DNA of 64,000 nucleotides, taken from assembly GCA_045636145.1 (NCBI GenBank), contig JAZTWV010000030.1, positions 623-64,622 of the forward strand, written 5' to 3'. A program made the translations under genes and the position numbers. A model generated the notes under the pieces. It did not search any database. It was not told the origin of the DNA and saw only the letters and a program-made list of their open reading frames with translations. This document shows, in pieces, positions 37,567 to 46,626 of the stretch. This stretch comes from Candidatus Flemingiibacterium sp. GTDB lineage: Bacteria > Bacillota > Clostridia > Oscillospirales > CAG-272. Numbering within the stretch: the stretch's first letter is position 1; the number at the start of each line of letters is the position of its first letter.

Positions 37567-37887
37567 ATGAGAAAGCATAACAAAAAGTCCGGTATCACCC
37601 CGTTTAAGCTCGCACTTATCATCACAGGCTCTATTATTGCTGCCGCAGGTATTATATGCCTTGTTGTCAAGCTTATGAAAAAGGCACAGGAAAAGAAGCT
37701 CCTTGCTTCCTGCGACTGCGGATGCGACTGCTGTGATGATGCTTGGGAATTTGATGAAGATATGCTGGGCGATCTCCGTTTTGACGATGAAGAGTGCTGC
37801 GACTGCGGCTGTTCGTCAGATGATGAAATCTCCGCCGCTGTTGATGAGGCTATAGAGGCTATCGAATCAGTTGCCGAGGAAGAATAA
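37567..37887 (+). CDS. small single-TM protein with Cys/Asp/Glu-rich tail
   Basis: AGGAAGG RBS. TM helix LALIITGSIIAAAGIICLVV, then CDCGCDCCDD...ECCDCGCS in a strongly acidic tail. Confidence 0.6.
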   Translation: MRKHNKKSGITPFKLALIITGSIIAAAGIICLVVKLMKKAQEKKLLASCDCGCDCCDDAWEFDEDMLGDLRFDDEECCDCGCSSDDEISAAVDEAIEAIESVAEEE

Positions 37888-37906
37888 ACAACGATTATGA
37901 AAAATA

Positions 37907-37952
37907 AATTTCGGCTGTGCCATTATGTAGTGGCACAGCCGAAATTGTTTTT
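37907..37952. terminator. bidirectional terminator
   Basis: 16-bp stem AATTTCGGCTGTGCCA/TGGCACAGCCGAAATT, flanked by an A run and a T run. Confidence 0.85.
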
Positions 37953-37971
37953 ACAGTTGAAAAAATTACAC

Positions 37972-39081
37972 TTATTTGTTTGCGTTCTGCTTTAAGTATG
38001 CATTTATAAATCCGTCGATCTCGCCGTCCATTACGGCGGAAATGTTGCCGTCCTCATAGCCGGTGCGGTTATCCTTTGCGAGAGTGTAGGGCATAAATAC
38101 ATAGGAGCGAATCTGACTGCCCCACTCGATGTTGTTCTTAACGCCCTTTATGTCCTCAATGCGCGCAAGATTCTCACGCTCTTTTATTTCCATCAGCTTG
38201 GATTTGAGCATCTTAAGAGCGGTTTCCTTATTCTGAAGCTGACTGCGCTCGGTCTGACATCCAACCACTATACCGGTAGGAAGGTGAGTTATACGGATAG
38301 CGGAGTCTGTCTTGTTGATGTGCTGACCGCCGGCACCGGAAGAACGGTGAGCGGTGATTTCAATGTCCTCGTCGCGAATCTCGATTTTGCCGTCATCCTC
38401 AAATTCCGGCATAACGTCAACGGATGCGAACGATGTCTGGCGGCGTCCGGACGCATCAAAGGGGGAGATACGCACAAGACGGTGAACGCCGGCTTCACTC
38501 TTTAAATATCCGTAAGCATTTGTACCCTCAACCATTATAGTTGCACTCTTTATGCCTGCTTCTTCGCCGTCAAGCCAATCAAGAAGCTTTACATTGTAGC
38601 CGTGACGCTCACCCCAACGGGTGTACATACGGTAGAGCATAAGTGCCCAGTCCTGCGCCTCTGTTCCGCCTGCGCCCGGATGGAACGATACAATTGCGTT
38701 GTTGCGGTCATATTCGCCGGAGAGCAGAACCTCGATCCTCTGACGTTCTTCTTCTTTGATGACCTCTGCCATTTCGGACTCCACCTCAGGGACTACGGAT
38801 TCATCATTTTCCTCAATTCCCATTTCTGCGAGAACGATAGCATCCTCAAGACGGTTTTTAAGAGCCTCAAATGCGGAAATTTTATCCTTTTTCTGCTTGA
38901 TCTGCTGAAGCATCTTGCTGGAGCCTTCCGCATCGTTCCAGAAGTCAGCCTCCATGGTTTTTGCCTCGTCCTCGGCAACCTCACTTTTCAGCTGATCAAT
39001 GCGCAGTGCCGATGCCAGCTCATCTATGTCGGCACGCATATTCTGAAGCTTATATTTTGCTTCCTCAAGTTGAATAATCAA
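37972..39081 (-). CDS. prfB: peptide chain release factor 2, no programmed frameshift
   Basis: SPF and GGQ motifs. TTG start at 39081-39079, 6 nt after GGAGGA, gives 369 aa. The ORF-track 5' extension to 39231 has no RBS. Confidence 0.9.
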   Translation of the reverse strand: MIIQLEEAKYKLQNMRADIDELASALRIDQLKSEVAEDEAKTMEADFWNDAEGSSKMLQQIKQKKDKISAFEALKNRLEDAIVLAEMGIEENDESVVPEVESEMAEVIKEEERQRIEVLLSGEYDRNNAIVSFHPGAGGTEAQDWALMLYRMYTRWGERHGYNVKLLDWLDGEEAGIKSATIMVEGTNAYGYLKSEAGVHRLVRISPFDASGRRQTSFASVDVMPEFEDDGKIEIRDEDIEITAHRSSGAGGQHINKTDSAIRITHLPTGIVVGCQTERSQLQNKETALKMLKSKLMEIKERENLARIEDIKGVKNNIEWGSQIRSYVFMPYTLAKDNRTGYEDGNISAVMDGEIDGFINAYLKQNANK

Positions 39082-39335
39082 TGTAGTTCCTCCGTTCATC
39101 CGCCGTGGCGGACGGTTTATTGTTTTTATTATACCATGAAGCAAAAATGCTTGCTTGCAAGGGCATTTTTGCAAAGCCGTCAATAGCGCAGCCGCGCTAT
39201 GGCGCGGAGCGGCGAAGCCGCGGAAGCCCAAGGAATGGGATTCCCTGCGTATATTATACCATATTGCAGGGGACTATTTCAATAATATTTTGAATTTTAC
39301 AGTTTATCTATATTTTTTAGTGTGCAAAGCACAAA

Positions 39336-40550
39336 TCACTCTGCCATCCTGTAAAACTTTTTGATTTCCTCGGAATTTCCGAATTTTCGTGCGGCGAGTG
39401 TCTCGGAAAGGGTGTCGCAGAGCGATTCGTCCGTTAACAGTTTCTTTATTCCGTCGTAAATTCCGTCAGATGATATGTCGCAGATCACTCCGAGTGCTCC
39501 GCCTTCAAGCTGTTCGGGTGCGGAAAGATAATGGGAGGCAAGGATAGGCTTGTACATGATTTTGGCTTCCTCTACCGATATAGGCTTGCCCTCATGACGT
39601 GACGGCTGAGCGTATATGTCGCAGTCGCGCAGATAAGAGTAAGGATTCTGCGTAGTACCGAGGAATATCATCATGTCCGCCACGCCCTCTTTAAGGAGAA
39701 GGTCGGCTATATACTGCTTATAATCCTCCTCCCCGTCTCCAAGTACATACCAGCGCACATCAAATCCGTCGTTGCGAAGCCGTCTGAGTACGGGTACTAC
39801 CATGTCGAGCCCCTTTTGCTCGCTGATTCTGCCGATAGTCAGAATGCGCTTGCCTGTGAAATGAGTGTCGGGATAGGTGTCGCCTATAAGTGCCAGATCC
39901 CATATTTGCTTTGGATTTGTGATGTTTTCCATCATTACGGTGCGTTCTGCAATTTCCGGCAGCTTGTTCTTCAGCGAATCATCAACCAGCTTCGATACCG
40001 TCACCACATTGTCGCACTTTTTGAAGTAGCCAAGGTAAATAGAATCATCACGCGGCGGATTGGAGTAGTCAAAATGAAGCCATGCTATCTTCATTTTGGC
40101 GTTTACCTTGTCGCACATATAGAACATTGTGCGGTCTCCCCAATATGCCACTGCTATGTCGTACGGCTCCTTTACGGCAGGCATTTTCTGCATGAAGTGA
40201 ATCCACATCCATGTCGCCGCGGAGCTGCGCTTTTCGCCTCTTGAAAACAACGTTTTGATGAAATAGGGGAAGATTTCAAAAAGCGTCAGCGGTTTTTCCT
40301 TAACGAAGCAGTCAAAGAGTGTCTTTATGGCATTTTTGCCGGAAAGAAGGAACATATCACCGTATTTTTCCATAACTTCAATCTTTACCTGCTTTGGTAC
40401 TTGGTCAAGCAATAATCCCTCGCGCTTTGCAAGCAGCAGAGTCACATCGAATCTGTCAAAATCAAGGCAGGATAAGAATGAGAGAAATGATTTCTCTGTA
40501 CCGGCACAGTTCATGGTTATGCCGCATACCAGCATTTTAGTCTTCTTCAA
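39336..40550 (-). CDS. family 4 (GT-B) glycosyltransferase
   Basis: 404 aa; C-terminal EGKPISVEEA (E-x7-E) motif; overlaps the end of the upstream ABC-F gene by 14 nt. Confidence 0.8.
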   Translation of the reverse strand: MKKTKMLVCGITMNCAGTEKSFLSFLSCLDFDRFDVTLLLAKREGLLLDQVPKQVKIEVMEKYGDMFLLSGKNAIKTLFDCFVKEKPLTLFEIFPYFIKTLFSRGEKRSSAATWMWIHFMQKMPAVKEPYDIAVAYWGDRTMFYMCDKVNAKMKIAWLHFDYSNPPRDDSIYLGYFKKCDNVVTVSKLVDDSLKNKLPEIAERTVMMENITNPKQIWDLALIGDTYPDTHFTGKRILTIGRISEQKGLDMVVPVLRRLRNDGFDVRWYVLGDGEEDYKQYIADLLLKEGVADMMIFLGTTQNPYSYLRDCDIYAQPSRHEGKPISVEEAKIMYKPILASHYLSAPEQLEGGALGVICDISSDGIYDGIKKLLTDESLCDTLSETLAARKFGNSEEIKKFYRMAE

Positions 40551-42432
40551 AGCCTTCAGCCTCCTCGTATAACTCCATCAGCCGCTCTTCTGCCTCGGTT
40601 TGTCTTGTGTAAAGCTCGTTCACCTTGACGTAGTCGGCTTGTATTGCATCATCGGCAAGCTGTCTTGCCAGCTCTTCAAGCTCAGCTTCGAGTTTTGCCG
40701 TTTCTTCTTTGTTTTTCTTCATGCGCGTGCGAAGCCGCCGCTGTTCCGATGCCTGTTCCTTAGCTTTAAGGTACTGCTCTTTGGCGTCGGTGATTACCGC
40801 CTGCGGTGCAGGTGAATCGGATACGGTAATCCTTGCTTTGTGAGCCTTATATTCCTCATAGCTTCCCATAAAATCAAGCGCAGGTCGGCTTCCGAGGTCA
40901 AGCACGCGGGTGGCGAGCTTGGAGATGAAATAACGGTCGTGCGATACGGCTATAATAGTGCCGTCAAACTCCGAGAGGGCGTTTTCGAGAGCCTCGCGGG
41001 AATTTATATCCAGATGGTTTGTAGGCTCGTCCAGAATAAGCAGGTTCATCTTTGAAAGTATAAGCTTGCAAAGTGTAAGGCGTGCTTTTTCGCCACCACT
41101 GAGGACGGACACCTTTTTTTCGATATCATCTCCCTTGAAAAGGAAGAGAGCCAATGCCGAGCGTATTTCCGTTTGGGTCAGACCTTCGTAGCAGTTCCAC
41201 AGCTCATCAAGCACCGTGTTTTCGGGATCAAGATTCTGGTTTTCCTGGTCGTAGTAGCCAACGGTCACGTTGTAGCCGTACTCAAAGCTTCCGGCGTCCT
41301 GTGACAGCTTATCTGCTATTATTTTTATAAGGGTGGATTTGCCGCATCCGTTTGGACCGGCTATAAAAAGATGATCTCGCTTCTTTACAAGGAAAGATAC
41401 GTCCGAGAACAGAGGCTTGTTTGGAAATGCTTTGGCAAGATTCTTTACGGTGAGCACATCATTTCCGCTTTCGCCTGATTTGGTAAAGGAGAGTCGTATC
41501 TTCTCCGGCAGATCCTCCGGACGCTCTATCTTTACCATACGGTCAAGTGCCTTTTGACGGCTCTCGGCGGCAATGATGTTGCGCTCGCGGTTCCACCGTC
41601 TCTGCTGTTCGATATACGCTTCTATGCGAGCGATTTCCTTTTGCTGATTTTTATACTGCCGCTCACGGATCTCGCGGTTTTCGGCTTTTAGGACCATATA
41701 CCGCGAATAGTTTCCGTTATAAAGCTCCGCATGGGTGTTTTCGATTTCAAGGGTCTTATTTGTGACCTTGTCGAGAAAGAATCGGTCGTGGGATATAACA
41801 AGAAGCGTTCCCTTGTAGCCGGACAGGAAGTCCTCAAGCCACGCCAGGGTTTCGATGTCGAGATGGTTTGTCGGCTCGTCCAGCATGAGTATATCCGGGG
41901 AGGTTATAAGCTGTCTTGCCAGAGCCAGACGGGTTTTCTGTCCTCCGGAAAGCCCCGATATCTTAAGGTCATGGAATCGCTCGTCGAAACCGAGATTTTT
42001 GAGAATACCTTTGCATCTTGAACGGAATTCGTATCCGCCTGCCCGTTTAAAACGGTCAGTAAGCGAGGTGTATGAGGATATCAGTGCAGAATCCGATGGG
42101 GTTTCCTCTAATTTTCTCTGAAGCTCCTCAAGCCGTTTCTCATCGGCGATAAGTGCAGAGAAAGAGGCAAGCATCTCATCAAGAACAGTGCTGTCGCCCT
42201 CAAGACCTGTGTTCTGCTCAAGCATACCTACGGTCTTGTCCTTGGAAATGAATACCGAGCCGTCGCTTGGGGTGTATTCCCCGTGTATTATTTTAAAAAG
42301 CGTGGATTTGCCTGCTCCGTTTACGCCTACGATGCCAAGCTTGTCCCCCTCGTTGAGACTGAAGGAGACCTTGTCAAGTATGACGTCTGTTCCGAATTCA
42401 AGGCAAACGCTGCTAAGACTGATAGCGGTCAT
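40537..42432 (-). CDS. ABC-F family ATPase (translation-associated)
   Basis: Two NBDs (GVNGAGKST, GPNGCGKST; LSGGQKTR, LSGGEKAR), no TM, C-terminal coiled coil. Confidence 0.9.
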   Translation of the reverse strand: MTAISLSSVCLEFGTDVILDKVSFSLNEGDKLGIVGVNGAGKSTLFKIIHGEYTPSDGSVFISKDKTVGMLEQNTGLEGDSTVLDEMLASFSALIADEKRLEELQRKLEETPSDSALISSYTSLTDRFKRAGGYEFRSRCKGILKNLGFDERFHDLKISGLSGGQKTRLALARQLITSPDILMLDEPTNHLDIETLAWLEDFLSGYKGTLLVISHDRFFLDKVTNKTLEIENTHAELYNGNYSRYMVLKAENREIRERQYKNQQKEIARIEAYIEQQRRWNRERNIIAAESRQKALDRMVKIERPEDLPEKIRLSFTKSGESGNDVLTVKNLAKAFPNKPLFSDVSFLVKKRDHLFIAGPNGCGKSTLIKIIADKLSQDAGSFEYGYNVTVGYYDQENQNLDPENTVLDELWNCYEGLTQTEIRSALALFLFKGDDIEKKVSVLSGGEKARLTLCKLILSKMNLLILDEPTNHLDINSREALENALSEFDGTIIAVSHDRYFISKLATRVLDLGSRPALDFMGSYEEYKAHKARITVSDSPAPQAVITDAKEQYLKAKEQASEQRRLRTRMKKNKEETAKLEAELEELARQLADDAIQADYVKVNELYTRQTEAEERLMELYEEAEGFEED

Positions 42433-42469
42433 TATGCATTCTCCGAATAAACATTATTACACATCCTAT

Positions 42470-42498
42470 AGTATACCACAAAATTCAGCAGTTGTCAA
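42470..42498 (-). promoter_or_regulatory. promoter of ABC-F gene
   Basis: Minus strand TTGACA (42498-42493), 17-nt spacer, TGgTATACT; short leader with no attenuator. Confidence 0.55.
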
Positions 42499-42539
42499 AT
42501 ATTATATATGAACTTGACCGGTTGAGGTGAGGGCGGCAT

Positions 42540-42578
42540 AAACAAAAACATACCGCACCGAGACCGTCGGGCGGTATG
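42540..42578 (-). terminator. lexA terminator
   Basis: CATACCGC...GCGGTATG stem followed on the minus strand by TTTTTGTTT. Confidence 0.75.
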
Positions 42579-42589
42579 CCTTATATTAT

Positions 42590-43204
42590 TTACCTGTAAA
42601 ATCTCATTGATGCCACTACCTTGCCGAGAACTATAAGCTCGTTTACGTAGATAGGCTTCATCGAAGAGTTTTCCGGCTGGAGACGGAAGCGGTTTTCTTC
42701 ACGGTAAAAGGTCTTTACCGTGGCTTCATCATCCACCAGCGCAACGATAATGTCCTCGTCCTTGGCGGTATTGCATTTTTCAACCACAATAAGGTCTCCG
42801 TCCATTATACCCACTTCGATCATGCTTTCTCCCTGCACCTTCAGTGCAAAAAGGCCGTTGGAGGTCATTCTGGAGGACGGACGGGGGAAGTCAATGTATC
42901 CGTCGTAGTTTTCGACTGCAAGGATTGGCATACCTGCCGCTACTTTGCCGAGGATAGGCACGCGGACTGTTGAACTGTTCTGCGTACCGCCGTTGTCCAC
43001 ACGGAGTGTACGGCTCTTTCCGGGGTCTTTCTGTATCATGCCCTTTTCTTCAAGCTTTGCAAGGTATGTATGAACCGTGGATGTGCTTTTCATATCAAGT
43101 GCGTTGCATATGTCACGCACGCTGGGGGAGTAGCCCTCGTTACGAATGGCGTTGAGAATAAAATCGTATATTTCACGCTCGCGTTTGGTAAGCTTGTCTG
43201 CCAT
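42590..43204 (-). CDS. lexA: LexA repressor
   Basis: Winged-helix N-terminus, VAAGMP cleavage site, GESM Ser and Lys dyad. Confidence 0.95.
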   Translation of the reverse strand: MADKLTKREREIYDFILNAIRNEGYSPSVRDICNALDMKSTSTVHTYLAKLEEKGMIQKDPGKSRTLRVDNGGTQNSSTVRVPILGKVAAGMPILAVENYDGYIDFPRPSSRMTSNGLFALKVQGESMIEVGIMDGDLIVVEKCNTAKDEDIIVALVDDEATVKTFYREENRFRLQPENSSMKPIYVNELIVLGKVVASMRFYR

Positions 43205-43268
43205 AACTATACCTCCGATACTTATCTCTGTAATACAGAATAATTATACCATACATTTTTCAAAAAAG

Positions 43269-43282
43269 CAAACGGTTGTTCG
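43269..43282 (-). promoter_or_regulatory. SOS (Cheo-type) box
   Basis: Minus strand CGAACAACCGTTTG, close to Gram-positive CGAAC-N4-GTTCG, ~65 nt upstream of lexA. Confidence 0.65.
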
Positions 43283-43412
43283 GATTTTATATTTTAATTT
43301 TTTGTTTATAAATAATTAACAAAGCAAAAACACAACGGTAATACACAAGTGCAAGCGTTGTGCTATACTTATTTGGTGTAATATATCCGAATTGTAGAGA
43401 GGTAAAATCACA

Positions 43413-43892
43413 ATGAAACCTACAATACGCCGTGCCTGCCCGAGCGATACTGAGCGGCTGCTTGAGCTTCTCATGCAGGTTGAGGAGGTGCACAGACAGG
43501 GACGCCCCGACCTTTTTCGCGTGAATGGAACTAAATTCACTCCAACCGAGCTTATCGAAATAATTGCAGATGACAGCCGCCCTGTTTTTGTGGCGGAGCA
43601 TGAGGGCAGGGTTGTCGGGTACGTATTCTGCATTGTGTCTGAGATAAAGGACAGCACCATGCTGTTCGATATGAAAACCGTTCACCTTGAGGATGTGTGC
43701 GTAGACGAGAACTGCCGCGGTATGGGAATCGGCAGTCTGCTTATGGAATACGTTACCGAATGGGCAAAGGCAAACGGATGCAACCGCATGGACCTTGACG
43801 TGTGGGAGTTCAACGAGGGCGCAAGGCGGTTTTACGAGCGGTACGGATTCGCAACCCAAAAACGCCGCATGGATATGTGGCTTGATGAATAA
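43413..43892 (+). CDS. GNAT family N-acetyltransferase
   Basis: 159 aa; CRGMGIGSLL acetyl-CoA motif. Confidence 0.85.
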   Translation: MKPTIRRACPSDTERLLELLMQVEEVHRQGRPDLFRVNGTKFTPTELIEIIADDSRPVFVAEHEGRVVGYVFCIVSEIKDSTMLFDMKTVHLEDVCVDENCRGMGIGSLLMEYVTEWAKANGCNRMDLDVWEFNEGARRFYERYGFATQKRRMDMWLDE

Positions 43893-43924
43893 ATATATAA
43901 TCCTTGCCGAAAATTAAACAGTTA

Positions 43925-44201
43925 CCGCGTAGGGGAGGGGCTTGCCCCTCCCGACGTTTTTGTTTGCGGGTATCATAAGAAACGGGAGGGGAAACCCCTC
44001 CCCTGCGGCGCGTGGTTGACGGTTTTACCGTAGGGGAGGCGTCTCGCCTCCCGTTTTTTTGTGTAATTACCTTGTTCCGGGCGATTCGTGAATCGCCCCC
44101 TACCGACGTGTTTACGGTATCACCGTAGGGCGGTGGCTTGCTGCCGCCGCTTTTGTTTTGGCGTAACATAAGAAACGGGAGGGGAAACCCCTCCCCTACG
44201 G
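43925..44201. repeat. cluster of six REP-like GTAG-hairpin elements in alternating orientation
   Basis: Units at 43925-43953(+), 43983-44008(-), 44028-44053(+), 44077-44105(-), 44123-44150(+), 44176-44201(-). Each is (C)CGTAG followed by a G-rich 6-9-bp stem-loop. A 53-bp direct repeat (43974-44026 and 44167-44219) has 3 mismatches. Confidence 0.85.
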
Positions 44202-44224
44202 CGTATGGTTGACGGTTTTGCACT

Positions 44225-44560
44225 TTATGGCTTAACCCTTATTGAATGCTTTATCTCTGTATCAATAATGTCGTATATCCGCGCACGGTCTTTTTCGGAC
44301 AGCTTGTCAAGCTTCTCATGGAGGAGGGAATCCTTCACCGTATAACTTGCTTTGACAACGTCGCAGAGAAGCATATCGGACGATACCTCAAGGGCATTGG
44401 CGATGTTGATGAGGGTTTCGAGTGAGCATGATTTCTCACCGCGTTCTATATCACCGATATAATTTACGCTTAGGTCTACTTTTTCAGCGAGAGTTTCGAT
44501 GGTTAGTTTTTGCGCTCTCCTGAATTTGCGGATGTTTTTGCCTATAGATTCAAGATTCAT
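44225..44560 (-). CDS. XRE-family HTH transcriptional regulator
   Basis: IRKFRRAQKLTIETLAEKVDLSVNYIGDIERGEK; ATG 44560 is 6 nt after AGGTG. Confidence 0.85.
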   Translation of the reverse strand: MNLESIGKNIRKFRRAQKLTIETLAEKVDLSVNYIGDIERGEKSCSLETLINIANALEVSSDMLLCDVVKASYTVKDSLLHEKLDKLSEKDRARIYDIIDTEIKHSIRVKP

Positions 44561-44717
44561 AGCAATCACCTACACTTACAGCGTTATTTCACGCTAATAG
44601 TATAGATTATTTGCGCCGAGATAAACACCAACAAATTATAGTAGCATGACGCTCTGTGTGTTGAAAAGTTCATATTTGTGTGCTATAATGTAAGCAATTA
44701 CAGAAAGGAGCAGGCAA

Positions 44718-45155
44718 ATGAACAGACATACAACAGCTACATTTATAGGACACAGTGATTGCTTCGGACTTGATGAGGAGCGTGTGAGGGCGGAAATAAT
44801 CAAACTCATTAACGGCGGCATTACAGATTTCCTAAACGGCTATATGGGCGGATTTGATAAGCTCTGCGCCAGACTTGTGTACGAATTGAAGATTGTATAT
44901 CCTCATATACACAATTATGCTGTGATTCCGTATCTTACTCACAAAATCGACCGAAGTGAATACTTCGATGAAATAATATATCCCGACGGATTTGAAAAAT
45001 ATCACTTCAAGGCGGCAATTCCAAAGAGAAACAAATATCTTGTTGACAATTCGGGTACGGCGGTCTGCTATGTGACCCACGGCTGGGGCGGTGCGGCAAA
45101 AACGCTGGAAATGGCATATAAAGCCGGTGTCCGGATAATAAATCTCGGAGAGTGA
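44718..45155 (+). CDS. SLOG-fold DUF1273/YpsA-like protein
   Basis: 145 aa; TFIGH...GITDFLNGYMGGFDKLCARLVYELKIVYPHI...VIPY resembles the YpsA family pattern. Confidence 0.5.
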   Translation: MNRHTTATFIGHSDCFGLDEERVRAEIIKLINGGITDFLNGYMGGFDKLCARLVYELKIVYPHIHNYAVIPYLTHKIDRSEYFDEIIYPDGFEKYHFKAAIPKRNKYLVDNSGTAVCYVTHGWGGAAKTLEMAYKAGVRIINLGE

Positions 45156-45175
45156 AACTTTTTTTCTAAAACCTA

Positions 45176-45204
45176 TTGACATTTGGAATAATGTGTGGTA
45201 TAAT
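45176..45204 (+). promoter_or_regulatory. promoter of infC-rpmI-rplT operon
   Basis: TTGACA 45176-45181, 17-nt spacer, TGgTATAAT ending 45204. Confidence 0.65.
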
Positions 45205-45340
45205 ACCAAGGTACAACAAAGAAGAACTCTCCGTTCTCACCGCCTCAGATTGATGACAGCGGTTAATAATCGACATAATGACACGAAAAGTGTCTGTAGC
45301 GTCGTGCGGAGGATTCTTCGCACGATTTTTATTTATGTTT
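45205..45340 (+). promoter_or_regulatory. infC leader with attenuator terminator (L20-leader-like)
   Basis: ~140-nt leader ending in TCGTGCG...CGCACGA stem (45302-45325) plus TTTTTATTTAT, just before the infC RBS. The position matches the Firmicutes L20-responsive leader. Confidence 0.45.
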
Positions 45341-45354
45341 TGGAGGTGTCAGCT

Positions 45355-45879
45355 ATTAGCACAAAAGAACTGCAAATCAATGAAGAAATCAGGGCAAAGG
45401 AAGTCCGTATCGTTGGCGAGGACGGTGAACAGGTCGGCGTAATGCAGACCGCAAAGGCACTTGAGCTTGCTTACGAAAAGGATCTCGACCTCGTTCTCAT
45501 TGCTCCCAATGCCGAGCCGCCGGTATGCCGCATCATGGATTACGGCAAGTACCGTTTTGAGCGCGACAAGAAGGAGAAAGAAGCAAGGAAGAAGCAGACA
45601 GTTGTCGAGGTTAAGGAGATTCAGCTCTCCTGCCGTATCGACACACACGATTTCGAAACCAAGGTAAAGCACGCACACCGTTTCCTCGGTGACGGCAACA
45701 AGGTAAGAGTCGTTGTGAAGTTCAGAGGACGTGAGATGAGTCATCTCGATATCGGACGTGAACTGCTTGAGAAGTTCGAAGAAGCTTGTAAGGAGCTGGG
45801 AAGCGTTGATAAGCGTCCCGCACTTGAAGGCCGCTTCATGAGCATGATTGTAAATCCCGTAAAGCAGCCCGGCAAGTAA
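45355..45879 (+). CDS. infC: translation initiation factor IF-3, ATT start codon
   Basis: GGAGGTG at 45342-45348, then ATT 45355. STKELQINEEIRAKEVRIVGEDGEQ matches the IF-3 N-terminus. The upstream part of the track ORF is leader. Confidence 0.9.
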   Translation: MSTKELQINEEIRAKEVRIVGEDGEQVGVMQTAKALELAYEKDLDLVLIAPNAEPPVCRIMDYGKYRFERDKKEKEARKKQTVVEVKEIQLSCRIDTHDFETKVKHAHRFLGDGNKVRVVVKFRGREMSHLDIGRELLEKFEEACKELGSVDKRPALEGRFMSMIVNPVKQPGK

Positions 45880-45974
45880 TTATTGTTTTGCCGTGATTTT
45901 TGCGGCTCAGACACTGATATCACGCGCACGTCCGGCGCATAAACGGACGGAATAAACAAAAGGAGTAAACGAAA

Positions 45975-46169
45975 ATGGCAAAAATAAAGACTCACAACGC
46001 AACAGCCAAGAGATTTTCTCTCACCAAGAGCGGAAAGGTTAAGCTCAACCACACCAATCGCCGCCACAAGCTCGGTCTTAAGACCGCTAAGAGAAAGAGA
46101 CAGCTCAGAAAGAACGGCTATCTCAGCACCTCTATGGCACCCACCATTGCATCTCTCATTCACAAATAA
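45975..46169 (+). CDS. rpmI: 50S ribosomal protein L35
   Basis: MAKIKTHNATAKRF..., 64 aa, basic. Confidence 0.95.
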   Translation: MAKIKTHNATAKRFSLTKSGKVKLNHTNRRHKLGLKTAKRKRQLRKNGYLSTSMAPTIASLIHK

Positions 46170-46201
46170 TCATATAACAAGTAACCGGAGGATAATATAA
46201 A

Positions 46202-46561
46202 ATGGCAAGAGTTAAAGGCGCGATGATGACTCGCAAGAGAAGAAATAAAATGCTTAAGCTCGCTAAGGGCTATTGGGGCGCTAAGTCCAAGCATTTCAAG
46301 ATGGCTAAAGAGCAGGTAATGAAGAGCGGCAACTACGCTTTCGCCGGCAGAAAGATGAAGAAGAGAGACTTCCGTTCTCTCTGGATCACCAGAATTTCCG
46401 CTCAGGCAAAGGTTTGCGGCATGAATTACTCAACCCTTATGCACGGTCTCAAGCTTGCAGGTATTGATCTTAACCGCAAGATGCTGGCTGAGCTGGCTGT
46501 TTCCGACAAGGACGCGTTCGCTGCAGTAGCAGAGCAGGCTAAGGCAGCTCTCGCAAAGTAA
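46202..46561 (+). CDS. rplT: 50S ribosomal protein L20
   Basis: [29 protein letters not shown]. Confidence 0.95.
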   Translation: MARVKGAMMTRKRRNKMLKLAKGYWGAKSKHFKMAKEQVMKSGNYAFAGRKMKKRDFRSLWITRISAQAKVCGMNYSTLMHGLKLAGIDLNRKMLAELAVSDKDAFAAVAEQAKAALAK

Positions 46562-46626
46562 TTATAAAAGAACAACAACCGGCTCACCCCGGTTGTTTCT
46601 TTTTAAGGTGATAAAGGAGACTAAGG

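Noticed and set aside
42433-42589. Leader-peptide/attenuator upstream of the ABC-F gene (as in antibiotic-resistance ARE genes)
   Set aside because: The promoter lies ~35 nt from the start codon, leaving no room for a regulatory leader. This is consistent with a housekeeping ABC-F.
43925-44201. Possible CRISPR array
   Set aside because: The units are individually palindromic, alternate in orientation, differ in sequence, and are separated by only ~20-30 nt. There are no cas genes in the window.
43810-44223. 137-aa ORF running through the REP array
   Set aside because: Its sequence (…GEGFPLP…GGSKPPPYG…RRGGVSPP…REGQAPPLRG…) is simply the translation of successive G/C-rich hairpins. There is no RBS, and it overlaps the end of the GNAT gene.
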